In this document: one piece after another, positions 40,042 to 48,609 of the stretch
Position numbering within the stretch: position 1 is the first letter of the stretch
How the letters are laid out: every line of letters begins with the position of its first letter
Translations under genes and position numbers: made by a program
Notes under the pieces: model-generated
What the model was told of the DNA's origin: nothing
Seen by the model: the letters and a program-made list of their open reading frames with translations, nothing else
Databases searched by the model: none
DNA from: Promethearchaeota archaeon
Lineage (GTDB): Archaea; Asgardarchaeota; Lokiarchaeia; Sigyniarchaeales; SOKP01
Assembly (NCBI GenBank): GCA_048938895.1
Contig: JBHLLU010000029.1
Location: 1-52,183, forward strand
Direction of reading: 5' to 3'
Length of the DNA: 52,183 nucleotides

Positions 40042-40905
40042 TTACTTCATAAGAAAAAGTTTGATTAAAAAAATGAATAAATTTAAATCATTCAGAAGGG
40101 AAAAGTTGGAAATGAGATAATCAAAAATATTTTCATCAATGAATAGTTTCAAAGATTCGAAGTAACCTTCCTCAAGTTTAAGAATTTCAACCATCCTTTG
40201 AATTAAATTTATGAGTTGTTTTTCAGCAACTAGCATATCACAATTCATAGGATTTATATTGATGATATTAATTCCCGTTTTTCTCTGAAAATTAATTTTA
40301 CTTAGTTCAGGATTTTTTTCTACAATCTCTAGTTCTGTATAATTTTTGAACATTTGTTCGATCTTTTTATAGATTCTTTTTTTCTTTTTTTCAGAATAAT
40401 GTCCTTCGATAACATTGATAATCAAATTTAAAATTTGTTGGAAAATTCCAAGCATATCAAAAAATTCAGCAACTGTTGATATACGTTCGGCTTGTTTCCA
40501 TTGGGTATAAAATTCATCAATAACATTTTCAAAAGGTTTATAAATCTCAACATTTCCTGCCCATTTACTCCCCCATCGGTTTTCATTATTTGCATATTGT
40601 TGTATAAAAGTTTGTCGTATTACATCTAATCTTGATCTTAATGTATCACCACTTACTTCTTTTGAGTCTGCAGCAATAAACAGAAGATTTGTTTCTTTAT
40701 CTTGGATATAGACCCATCTTAATCCTCCCATTTCAATTGAATCTATTCCTTGTTTAAATTCTACTATAGTAAACTGATTTAAAGCAGTTAAAAGTCCAGA
40801 AACAAGATCTTCATTTACGGGAAAATCCATATATGGTTTATATACCAAAGTAATTCCTGAGTCAGATTCCATAACCCATATATTAATCCTAAAACACCTA
40901 AACAA
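40042..40905 (-). CDS. Longin-like domain protein
   Basis: N terminus WVMESDSGITL...DLVSGLLTALNQF...IDSIEMG..RWVY...LLFIAA. Confidence 0.65.
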   Translation of the reverse strand: MFRCFRINIWVMESDSGITLVYKPYMDFPVNEDLVSGLLTALNQFTIVEFKQGIDSIEMGGLRWVYIQDKETNLLFIAADSKEVSGDTLRSRLDVIRQTFIQQYANNENRWGSKWAGNVEIYKPFENVIDEFYTQWKQAERISTVAEFFDMLGIFQQILNLIINVIEGHYSEKKKKRIYKKIEQMFKNYTELEIVEKNPELSKINFQRKTGINIININPMNCDMLVAEKQLINLIQRMVEILKLEEGYFESLKLFIDENIFDYLISNFSLLNDLNLFIFLIKLFLMK

Positions 40906-41018
40906 ATGCTAAATTTTCTTGTATCCGATGAAATTTTTGAAAAATAACTTATGTCTTAAATAAAGTATGGATTTAAACCTTATAAATTCACTATTAACGA
41001 TAGAATTTAGAGAAGAAG

Positions 41019-41519
41019 TTATAAAAGCTCATTCAAGGAATTATCCCTTAACCAACGTTCTAGTTTTCTTAGCATTTCGGTAATTTTATTTCTTAATGTG
41101 AACTCCGCAACATTTCCAAATAAACTCAGGAAATCACTCCCTAATTTAAAGCTCTTAATAAATACACCTAATTTTGTTTTATTAGGTGATAAGGCTTTAA
41201 TCCTTAGCCTTCCCTCTAATTCTCTAACATCTTTATTATTCCGAACATTAAGCTCGATTAAGCGTCCCTTTCCCTCTACTTGCTCTCCCTCGTCTTGTAA
41301 TACCAATTCCCCCTCCATTTCTATAGGAATCTTTATGATTTCATCAGTTATTTTAGTATACAAAACATTAGCTGCGATAAATTTTGCTTCCATGCTTTTG
41401 GCAGGATTCACAGTCTCCCAAAACTTTTCTGTGTATAGTGCTTTTATGAGTAAATCTCTATTGCAATTTTCCAATTCTACTACTCTTGAAATTATGTTTG
41501 AAGTCAAATTTTTTCCCAA
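41019..41519 (-). CDS. Hypothetical protein, possibly SRPBCC/START-like fold
   Basis: 166-aa ORF with beta-rich core and long C-terminal helix. Confidence 0.6.
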   Translation of the reverse strand: MGKNLTSNIISRVVELENCNRDLLIKALYTEKFWETVNPAKSMEAKFIAANVLYTKITDEIIKIPIEMEGELVLQDEGEQVEGKGRLIELNVRNNKDVRELEGRLRIKALSPNKTKLGVFIKSFKLGSDFLSLFGNVAEFTLRNKITEMLRKLERWLRDNSLNELL

Positions 41520-41624
41520 TTAAATTTAATCACTTAATTAAATTCAGAAAGCTTTAATATTTTATATATTCAATTATAGAAAATTTTTTTATACCTTTAT
41601 GTCTTTTAAAGTTAAGCAGATGTC

Positions 41625-41693
41625 GCCTCAGACTTCCTCTGATTTAATCATATTTTCTGAGAAAATCATGATATAATTATCTTCATCATAGGC
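41625..41693 (-). ncRNA. Box C/D small guide RNA
   Basis: Minus strand GCCT-ATGATGA-13nt-ATGA-(TTTTCT/AGAAAA hairpin)-ATGATTA-13nt-CTGA-GGC. Confidence 0.75.
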
Positions 41694-41726
41694 TTTAATC
41701 TTACTTATAAAAATTGGAGACTATTA

Positions 41727-41930
41727 CTACGTAGATCTGAATAACTTACTTTCTTCTAAGTTGTTTTCTTCTTTACAGTGAGGACAAATCCAAGTTTCAT
41801 CATTTTTTTTAACGGAATTAATGCAATCATGACAAATGGCAACATCACATATACAATAGTAACTATTTTCTATTGAACTTTCACAGCTTTTACCACAAAT
41901 ATAACATTTTGGTGGATGAATGTCTGACAT
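41727..41930 (-). CDS. Small C4C4 RING-like zinc finger protein
   Basis: CYIC-x13-CIC-x4-CHDC-x12-CPHC. Confidence 0.7.
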   Translation of the reverse strand: MSDIHPPKCYICGKSCESSIENSYYCICDVAICHDCINSVKKNDETWICPHCKEENNLEESKLFRST

Positions 41931-42030
41931 TTTTTTACGGCTAATAAATTAATTAACTTTAAGCTATATTATACTTTTAATTCTAAGTAATATATTACTT
42001 TAATCATTAGATATTAGGATACAATGAATC

Positions 42031-42216
42031 ATGGATAAAATACAGTCAACAATCAGGTTATTAGCATTATTTAGTTTCTTTTTTATCTATAAAACAATTA
42101 TGGGAATAATTGAAGATAAATCAAATGAGATTATTTTTTGGACATTAATTACAATGGTTTATGTGATATCCCTTGTCATCGCATATTTTATAGCAACGAG
42201 ATGGAAAAAAGAATAA
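42031..42216 (+). CDS. Small two-TM membrane protein
   Basis: 61 aa with two hydrophobic segments, fills an intergenic gap. Confidence 0.6.
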   Translation: MDKIQSTIRLLALFSFFFIYKTIMGIIEDKSNEIIFWTLITMVYVISLVIAYFIATRWKKE

Positions 42217-42228
42217 ACAAGAGGTCAA

Positions 42229-42495
42229 TCACTTCTTTTTCTTTAAGAAATCTGGTATCATCCCATCAATCCCCAAACTTTTTAAAATTGTGTCTCTAAT
42301 GTTCATTTGAATGGTTAAATCTGATAATGTTTTAATTGTTTCGTCTAATGATTTACTCATCTCCCGAACAGTTTCAGATGTTAATTTTAGAGATTCTCTA
42401 ATAGTTACATTGGTGTCATGTAATTCTTCTGTTAACTTATTCATACTGTTTCTCAATTCAGTAAGTTCCTTTCTTATCTCTTTAATTCCAGCCAT
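42229..42495 (-). CDS. Small coiled-coil protein
   Basis: Heptad pattern over most of 88 aa. Confidence 0.7.
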   Translation of the reverse strand: MAGIKEIRKELTELRNSMNKLTEELHDTNVTIRESLKLTSETVREMSKSLDETIKTLSDLTIQMNIRDTILKSLGIDGMIPDFLKKKK

Positions 42496-42605
42496 TTTTT
42501 TCCATTATTTTCGTTCTTATGCTAAAATAATGATTCGCAATTATTTAAATTGATATAATAGTATAAAAAATAAAATAGATTTAGTATTTTCTAAAAAAAT
42601 ATGAA

Positions 42606-43292
42606 TTATAAGATATTTAAACCAAAGATGCTTATACCCCAAATCCATAGCGCAAATCCTTGAACTAAACAAAAAATCATAACTACAAATGCGATAGGGG
42701 GCCATGAAAGGAATTTTGATACAGTTTTCAATATTCCGACATAGAATTTCACAGTAAGAGCAACTACTATTGTTACAATTATAAAGATTATAACAAGTAA
42801 CCACTTTGGATTAATAACTCCAGCAATCAATTCAACCGCTCCATCTGGTACAAGCAATGCAATTATGATAACTGTCCCTGTCCCTGCTAAAAGACCAATG
42901 ATACTAGAGAGTGGAAGATCACTGATTGGTTTCATAAACATCACGATGCCGATCACTATCAAGAAGATGCAAGTGAAATGGTTAGCAGCATCTTCAGTAA
43001 CATCTCGGTATTCAAAACTAGGTGGTATATCACGAATTAACCCAATAGCACCTGACCATACAACAAAAATTCCAAGAACTAAACCAAGATAAGATAATCC
43101 CCGTAAAAATTTTGTTACATCAAATTCTGCATCTACTTTTCTTTTTATAAATGATCCCCTTCGCTTTCTTTCATAACCTAGCCATGTAATTGCCATTAAG
43201 CCGCTTAAAACCATCATAATGGCCGCAGATTCACCAACCCAACTGAAAAAACCTCGAATCACATCCCAATAATCAAACAACACATAAATCAC
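42606..43292 (-). CDS. Hypothetical multi-pass membrane protein
   Basis: 228 aa with about 6 TM segments. Confidence 0.75.
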   Translation of the reverse strand: MIYVLFDYWDVIRGFFSWVGESAAIMMVLSGLMAITWLGYERKRRGSFIKRKVDAEFDVTKFLRGLSYLGLVLGIFVVWSGAIGLIRDIPPSFEYRDVTEDAANHFTCIFLIVIGIVMFMKPISDLPLSSIIGLLAGTGTVIIIALLVPDGAVELIAGVINPKWLLVIIFIIVTIVVALTVKFYVGILKTVSKFLSWPPIAFVVMIFCLVQGFALWIWGISIFGLNIL

Positions 43293-43460
43293 TTTTTTTA
43301 TTTCTAAATTTTAAATATATGTTAGATTTTGTTTTTAAAAATTTATTCTATAAAATCTTCTTTACTGGAATGTTTACACTTATACTTATTTACCATAAAA
43401 ATAATATATTTATTCTTTTATCTATTGCATAACTAAAAAACACACTATTAAATGATTCAA

Positions 43461-43622
43461 ATGTCTGAATGGAAAAATAGAATTCAAACATCCTTCTGTA
43501 ATGATGCCTATAAATCGGGTTGAGTTACAGTTGACCAAATAATAAACAGTATAAAAAAAATGCGTCTTAAAAGGCAGCTGAAAAAAAAAGAAAAACTAAA
43601 GCAAAAAAATCTCAAAGAATAG
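43461..43622 (+). CDS. Candidate small UGA-recoded protein (selenopeptide) 1
   Basis: MSEWKNRIQTSFCNDAYKSG-[TGA 43521]-VTVDQIINSIKKMRLKRQLKKKEKLKQKNLKE; alternative ATG at 43452. Confidence 0.55.
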
Positions 43623-43674
43623 CTTAATAAATGTTAGGAGCTCTTCTTAGAAATTCTGCAATGAATTGGAGATT
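43608..43674 (+). other. Conserved three-way-junction RNA element, copy 1
   Basis: AATCTC/GAGATT outer stem; 11-position hairpin with loop AATAAATGTTAG; AATTC-TGCAAT-GAATT hairpin. Confidence 0.7.
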
Positions 43675-43826
43675 AAACACATTTCTTATTTTATTACTTA
43701 TTCGAAATTTTATATTCATTTTTATAAAATATTTTATTCCTCTCCTAATTTTTTATCTTTTATAATCCTCATCCTTTAATCTCTCATTAGTTTAAAGTTA
43801 ATTAAATAATAATATGGTTTATTATA

Positions 43827-43961
43827 ATGGCTGAAGAAGAAGACTATCTCGATTTAGAATATGATGATGGTTGTTATGCAACAACTTGATCAATGGTAAA
43901 TATGTGGTACCAAAGAGCCCGTAAATTACACAAGTTAAAAGAAGAACTAGCTGAAAAATAA
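43827..43961 (+). CDS. Candidate small UGA-recoded protein (selenopeptide) 2
   Basis: MAEEEDYLDLEYDDGCYATT-[TGA 43887]-SMVNMWYQRARKLHKLKEELAEK; TATA-like element about 25 nt upstream. Confidence 0.6.
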
Positions 43962-43965
43962 AAAA

Positions 43966-44032
43966 TTATCTCAAGAAGCTAAATCATTAAATATTAGGAT
44001 TTAGTTTTAAGTTCTGCAAGAACAAGAGATAA
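43966..44032 (+). other. Conserved three-way-junction RNA element, copy 2
   Basis: TTATCTC/GAGATAA outer stem; 11-bp hairpin with loop ATTAAATATTAG; GTTC-TGCAA-GAAC hairpin. Confidence 0.7.
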
Positions 44033-44060
44033 AAAAGGTAGGTATTTTATTCAATTTTAA

Positions 44061-45422
44061 TTATTTTCTTGATCCTTCTCCTATTTTCCGATAAATAAAT
44101 CCTTTACTTTTAACAGTATTTTTATTAAAAATATTACGACCATCTATTATAATCGGTTTAGATCTCATTTTTTTCTTTAGATCATCAAGGTCAATTGAAT
44201 AATATTGTTTATGATTAGTAACAAATAAAAGAACATCAGAATTTTTCACAGCATAATCTAAATCTTCCGTTAATTCCGTTTTTTTATAATCCTTTTCTTT
44301 AACCCATGGATCATGAGCAATATATTCAATATTATGAGAATGGTATCTTTTTTTTAAGAAATTTACAATTCTTTCAGTTGGGGTATTTCTTGTATCATCG
44401 CAATCTGCCTTGTAAGCAACACCCATTAAAGAGATTTTCAAATTATCATGTTTATCTGCTTCTTTTAAGGTATCTTCCATCAATCCTACCATATGTTCTG
44501 GCATATAATCATTTAACTCTCTACCATACGGTAATAGTTTTACACGGTCGAGAAATCTCTTTGGTGTATAAGTTTCAAGACCATACATTAGCAACCATGG
44601 ATCTTTTGTTAAACAATGACCACCAACTCCACTACCGGGATAATGCATCATTCTATCATGTCTATAATTTATTAACTTGATGATCTCAAATACATTTCGA
44701 TCAAAATCTTCGGCTACCAATGCCATTTCGTTTGCAAAGGCAATGTTTACATCCCTATATGTATTCTCTATACATTTTGTCAATTCAGCAGTTAATGTAT
44801 CTGTAACCTGAAGCTGTTCTTTTACTACTTTCCCATAAAGAAATTTCGCATTTTCATTGGCCTTATCACATCCTCCCCCTATTACTCTTGGGAAATCCGT
44901 AATATATTCTAAAAGTTTACCGGGCATCACTCGCTCAAATGAAAATACAAGATAAAAATCTTCACCTCTTTTCATTCCACTTCCTTCTTCCAAAATTGGC
45001 TGTACAATGTTATCTGTAGTTCCTGGTGCTACTGTTGACTCAATAATTACCGTCACTCCTTTTTTCATTTTTGGTGCGATCAGATTTGAGACATCCTTTA
45101 ATGAATCATAAAGAGGAATTTTTCTAATTGGGTCAACAGGGGTCTGTACTCCAATCAAAATATAATCTGCTTCATTAATTTGCTCATAGCTATCAGTTAC
45201 TCTGAATTTTCCCTGCCCTACTATTCTTTCTATTAAATCATCTAGACCGGGCTCATCTCCCTCGAAAGGATTCTTTCCTTTATTAAGCCAATCGATTTTC
45301 CAGCCGGATCTTTTCGATCTTCGTTGGATTCCCGTAACATAAAAATCTGGAACATTTGCAAGCAGAGCACTCATTGGGATTCCAACATACCCCATCCCAA
45401 TATAAGTAATTTTAGTTGCCAT
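44061..45422 (-). CDS. Nucleotide-sugar dehydrogenase (UDP-ManNAc/GlcNAc dehydrogenase family)
   Basis: GMGYVG, ESTVAPGTT, KCIENTYRDVNIAFANE, GVGGHCL, DGRN. Confidence 0.92.
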   Translation of the reverse strand: MATKITYIGMGYVGIPMSALLANVPDFYVTGIQRRSKRSGWKIDWLNKGKNPFEGDEPGLDDLIERIVGQGKFRVTDSYEQINEADYILIGVQTPVDPIRKIPLYDSLKDVSNLIAPKMKKGVTVIIESTVAPGTTDNIVQPILEEGSGMKRGEDFYLVFSFERVMPGKLLEYITDFPRVIGGGCDKANENAKFLYGKVVKEQLQVTDTLTAELTKCIENTYRDVNIAFANEMALVAEDFDRNVFEIIKLINYRHDRMMHYPGSGVGGHCLTKDPWLLMYGLETYTPKRFLDRVKLLPYGRELNDYMPEHMVGLMEDTLKEADKHDNLKISLMGVAYKADCDDTRNTPTERIVNFLKKRYHSHNIEYIAHDPWVKEKDYKKTELTEDLDYAVKNSDVLLFVTNHKQYYSIDLDDLKKKMRSKPIIIDGRNIFNKNTVKSKGFIYRKIGEGSRK

Positions 45423-45516
45423 TTTTTCTACTATTCTTTAATTTAGAATTAAATAATATCTTTTAAAATAATTCATTATAGAAAAAATTTTATAATTCCG
45501 ACAATTGTAAAATAGC

Positions 45517-46632
45517 ATGAATAATATAGAAAAAGATATATATCGAAAACTTCAAGAACATCTGGATACAATGCCAGTAGGATTTCCAGCTACTCAATCT
45601 GGGGTGGAAATCAAAATATTAAAACATTTATTTACTCCCGAAGACGCTGAAGTAGCATTAAATTTGAAGTTCCAACCAGAACCTTTGAAAAAAATATATA
45701 GAAGGTTTAAGAAGACTGGTATGCAATTAAAGGAACTTGAAAAGCAATTAGATGATATGTATTTCAAAGGATTGATTCATAGAGGTACTCAAGATATTGA
45801 TGATTCTATAGAGAAATATTATGCTGTAGCTCCATTAGCTATTGGGATATATGAGTTTCAATTGGGCAAATTGACCAAAAACTTTTATACTGATCACGAG
45901 CAATATGTTGATGAGGCTTTTATTAAAGAATATAATTCTTCAGGAATTCCTCAACTACGAGTTATCCCGATAGAAGAAACATTAGATTATGAACAGAATA
46001 TCGCATCTTATGATGATATGAGAGAGCTTATTGAGAACATTGGAGAACCTATAGCTGTAGCTGAATGCATTTGTAGGCAGGCTAAAGATATGATGGGAGA
46101 ACCTTGCTCAAAAACGAGTCTAATCGAGTCGTGTTTTTCATTTCGAACAGCAGCCAAGTCCTTTATAGAAAAAGGGCTCGCAAGAGAAATAAGTAAAGAA
46201 GAAGCACTTGGTATATTAAGAAAAGCTGAGGATGATGGGCTAGTTTTACAACCCAGTAATTCTCTTAGACCAATGAATATATGTACTTGCTGCGGGTGCT
46301 GTTGCGGAATCTTGACACATCAAAAGAAGCTTCCTGAACCTGCTAAATTCTTTGCGACAAATTATTATTCTGAAGTAGATGAAGATTTATGTATAGGGTG
46401 TGAAACATGTGTAGAACGATGCAATATGGATGCTATTGAAGTGGAAGATGCTATTGCTAAAGTGAATTTGACCAGATGCATTGGTTGTGGCATTTGTGTA
46501 TCCACATGTACGTCTGAAGCTATTAAATTACGTAAAAAAGAAGAAGAAACCCTTCCTCCTAGAAACACTCTTGCTACATACATGGCAATTATGGATAAGA
46601 AAGCCGAAATTGCCAGAGAAAGTAAAAACTAA
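45517..46632 (+). CDS. 4Fe-4S ferredoxin-domain protein
   Basis: CICR, CTCCGCCC, two CIGCxxCxxxC motifs. Confidence 0.85.
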   Translation: MNNIEKDIYRKLQEHLDTMPVGFPATQSGVEIKILKHLFTPEDAEVALNLKFQPEPLKKIYRRFKKTGMQLKELEKQLDDMYFKGLIHRGTQDIDDSIEKYYAVAPLAIGIYEFQLGKLTKNFYTDHEQYVDEAFIKEYNSSGIPQLRVIPIEETLDYEQNIASYDDMRELIENIGEPIAVAECICRQAKDMMGEPCSKTSLIESCFSFRTAAKSFIEKGLAREISKEEALGILRKAEDDGLVLQPSNSLRPMNICTCCGCCCGILTHQKKLPEPAKFFATNYYSEVDEDLCIGCETCVERCNMDAIEVEDAIAKVNLTRCIGCGICVSTCTSEAIKLRKKEEETLPPRNTLATYMAIMDKKAEIARESKN

Positions 46633-46638
46633 TTTAAA

Positions 46639-47163
46639 TCAAGATTTCAAATGTCTTTTTTTGTTTATAAAATATCCGACTATTATCAAACCTGCTCCTA
46701 TAAACATTCCTACAACTCCAAAAATCGGGATATATCGATTCCACATACTTAGGTTATAGATTTCAAATTCAGCAATTTCCATTACTATCATCCAGCTACT
46801 CATACTTATAATGATTAAAATGGCAGGAATTAAAGATGTTGTAGGTTTGGTTAATACATTTTTTATATCGGTTCTCTGTCTATAAATTGGAACTGATGCC
46901 ATTATAATACAAATAATAATTATTACAGAAGAAATAATTGAAATAAGTAGTTGAAATGGATTATCATAAAATCCAATTTCAATTGTAACACTTTCGTCAT
47001 AAATAGATATTAACTCATCATAATATAAACCCCAAATCCAGCGAACTATTGTATGATTCCACTGTGGATTTTCAAAAACAGCTGCGGGGGTGAGAAAAGC
47101 AATAGTACATATGATGATCCCAAAAATAGGAATTGTCCAAAAATACTCTTTGAGGTCTCTCAT
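46639..47163 (-). CDS. Four-TM hypothetical membrane protein
   Basis: TP..W.WGL pattern and four hydrophobic segments. Confidence 0.7.
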   Translation of the reverse strand: MRDLKEYFWTIPIFGIIICTIAFLTPAAVFENPQWNHTIVRWIWGLYYDELISIYDESVTIEIGFYDNPFQLLISIISSVIIIICIIMASVPIYRQRTDIKNVLTKPTTSLIPAILIIISMSSWMIVMEIAEFEIYNLSMWNRYIPIFGVVGMFIGAGLIIVGYFINKKRHLKS

Positions 47164-47243
47164 TTTAATTAGAAATTATTTTAATAATATATTTAGTCAT
47201 CTGGACAATAAAAATGGTGATAAAAAAAAATTAGGATTAAATC

Positions 47244-47924
47244 TTACTTCGGTTTCTTCTTGTAAGATTCTCCTTTAATGCCCCTAAAAATTCCTGCAAT
47301 TATAGCTCCAACTATAAAACCTCCAATATGTGCAAAGTGCGCTGTCTGCCCCAAACTAAATGGATCTATTAAGGAGACAAGCGCATACGTTAATTCTGCT
47401 ATAAAATAGGTTAGTATAAAATAACCCGCACTTACTTTTCTTGTTGTCAAACCAGTTGAGGAGGGAAGATAAAATTTGTTCTCAGGATATAGAATTAAAT
47501 AGACGGCCATAAGCCCAAAGATTGCCCCCGAAGCGCCTAAAGAGGGAATCTCATCAAAACCCGATATTGGAAGAATTAAAGTGCTTAAGGCATGAAGTAT
47601 GCTCCCAAAAATACCAGAAGCGAAATATGTAAAAAGATATAAAAGGTGTCCCATAGCATGTTCACAATTGTCAGTCACCACAAAAAAAAACCACATGTTC
47701 ATGAGTATATGGATGATGTCTCCATGCATAAACATACTTGTTATTAAAGTGTACAAATTCTTACCTGCAAAGAAGTCTGCGGGAACAAATGCAGCCTCAA
47801 TATGCATATTACCTGCTGGATCCATTATTTGCCATATAAATACGATAATATTAGCTGCTAAAATAATTACTGAAAAATACTGTTTAAAGAAGGGAATTCT
47901 ATCTCTTTCTGCTTCCATTACCAT
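47244..47924 (-). CDS. Rhomboid intramembrane serine protease
   Basis: TSMFMHG..HILMNM, GASGAIFG, AHIGG. Confidence 0.93.
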   Translation of the reverse strand: MVMEAERDRIPFFKQYFSVIILAANIIVFIWQIMDPAGNMHIEAAFVPADFFAGKNLYTLITSMFMHGDIIHILMNMWFFFVVTDNCEHAMGHLLYLFTYFASGIFGSILHALSTLILPISGFDEIPSLGASGAIFGLMAVYLILYPENKFYLPSSTGLTTRKVSAGYFILTYFIAELTYALVSLIDPFSLGQTAHFAHIGGFIVGAIIAGIFRGIKGESYKKKPK

Positions 47925-48077
47925 TTTGTTTAACTCCTTATCTATTTTTCAAAATAAATTAGGTATTAAAGAGATCTTTTTCAAATTGCTTAAAAATATT
48001 TCTAATTGCATTTCCTTAGAAGTAAGATTGTTTTTTATGAAATACAAAAGGATACCAAAATAAAAGAAGAAGAATTC

Positions 48078-48461
48078 TTAGTTTCTATCTAAAATGTCTT
48101 TAATTCTTTTTAGAAGATCTTTACCAGAAAAAGGTTTAATAATATAGTCATCTGCCCCTAAATTTTTTCCTTTTTGTACATCCTCGCTAAAGCTTTTTAC
48201 AGTAAATAATACCACGAGAATATCTCTATACTTTTCGTTGTTTTTGATTTCTTCCAAAACGCTATAGCCACTTCGTCCGGGCATCATGATGTCCAGCAAT
48301 ATTAGCGCGATTTTATCATAATTTTCTTCAACCATCCTCATAGCTTCTTTTGCATTATTACTTGTGATGGTATCAAACTCACCCAATTTCAAAAATTTTT
48401 CTGTAAGATTGACAATATCTGGCTCATCGTCCACAATAAGAATTGTATTTTTCTGTGACAT
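48078..48461 (-). CDS. Single-domain response regulator receiver
   Basis: VDDE, LLDIMMP, GADDYIIKPF. Confidence 0.93.
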   Translation of the reverse strand: MSQKNTILIVDDEPDIVNLTEKFLKLGEFDTITSNNAKEAMRMVEENYDKIALILLDIMMPGRSGYSVLEEIKNNEKYRDILVVLFTVKSFSEDVQKGKNLGADDYIIKPFSGKDLLKRIKDILDRN

Positions 48462-48609
48462 AAGTAATTCCTAACTACAAATTAATGTCTTTATTAAGTA
48501 TAATATAATTTTTCTATATATAATTGAATTTAGTCATTTATATAAATGAGCTTATTTTTTACATTTGTGATCATCACTTTCACAACCAAAATCATATATT
48601 CTTGTTAAA

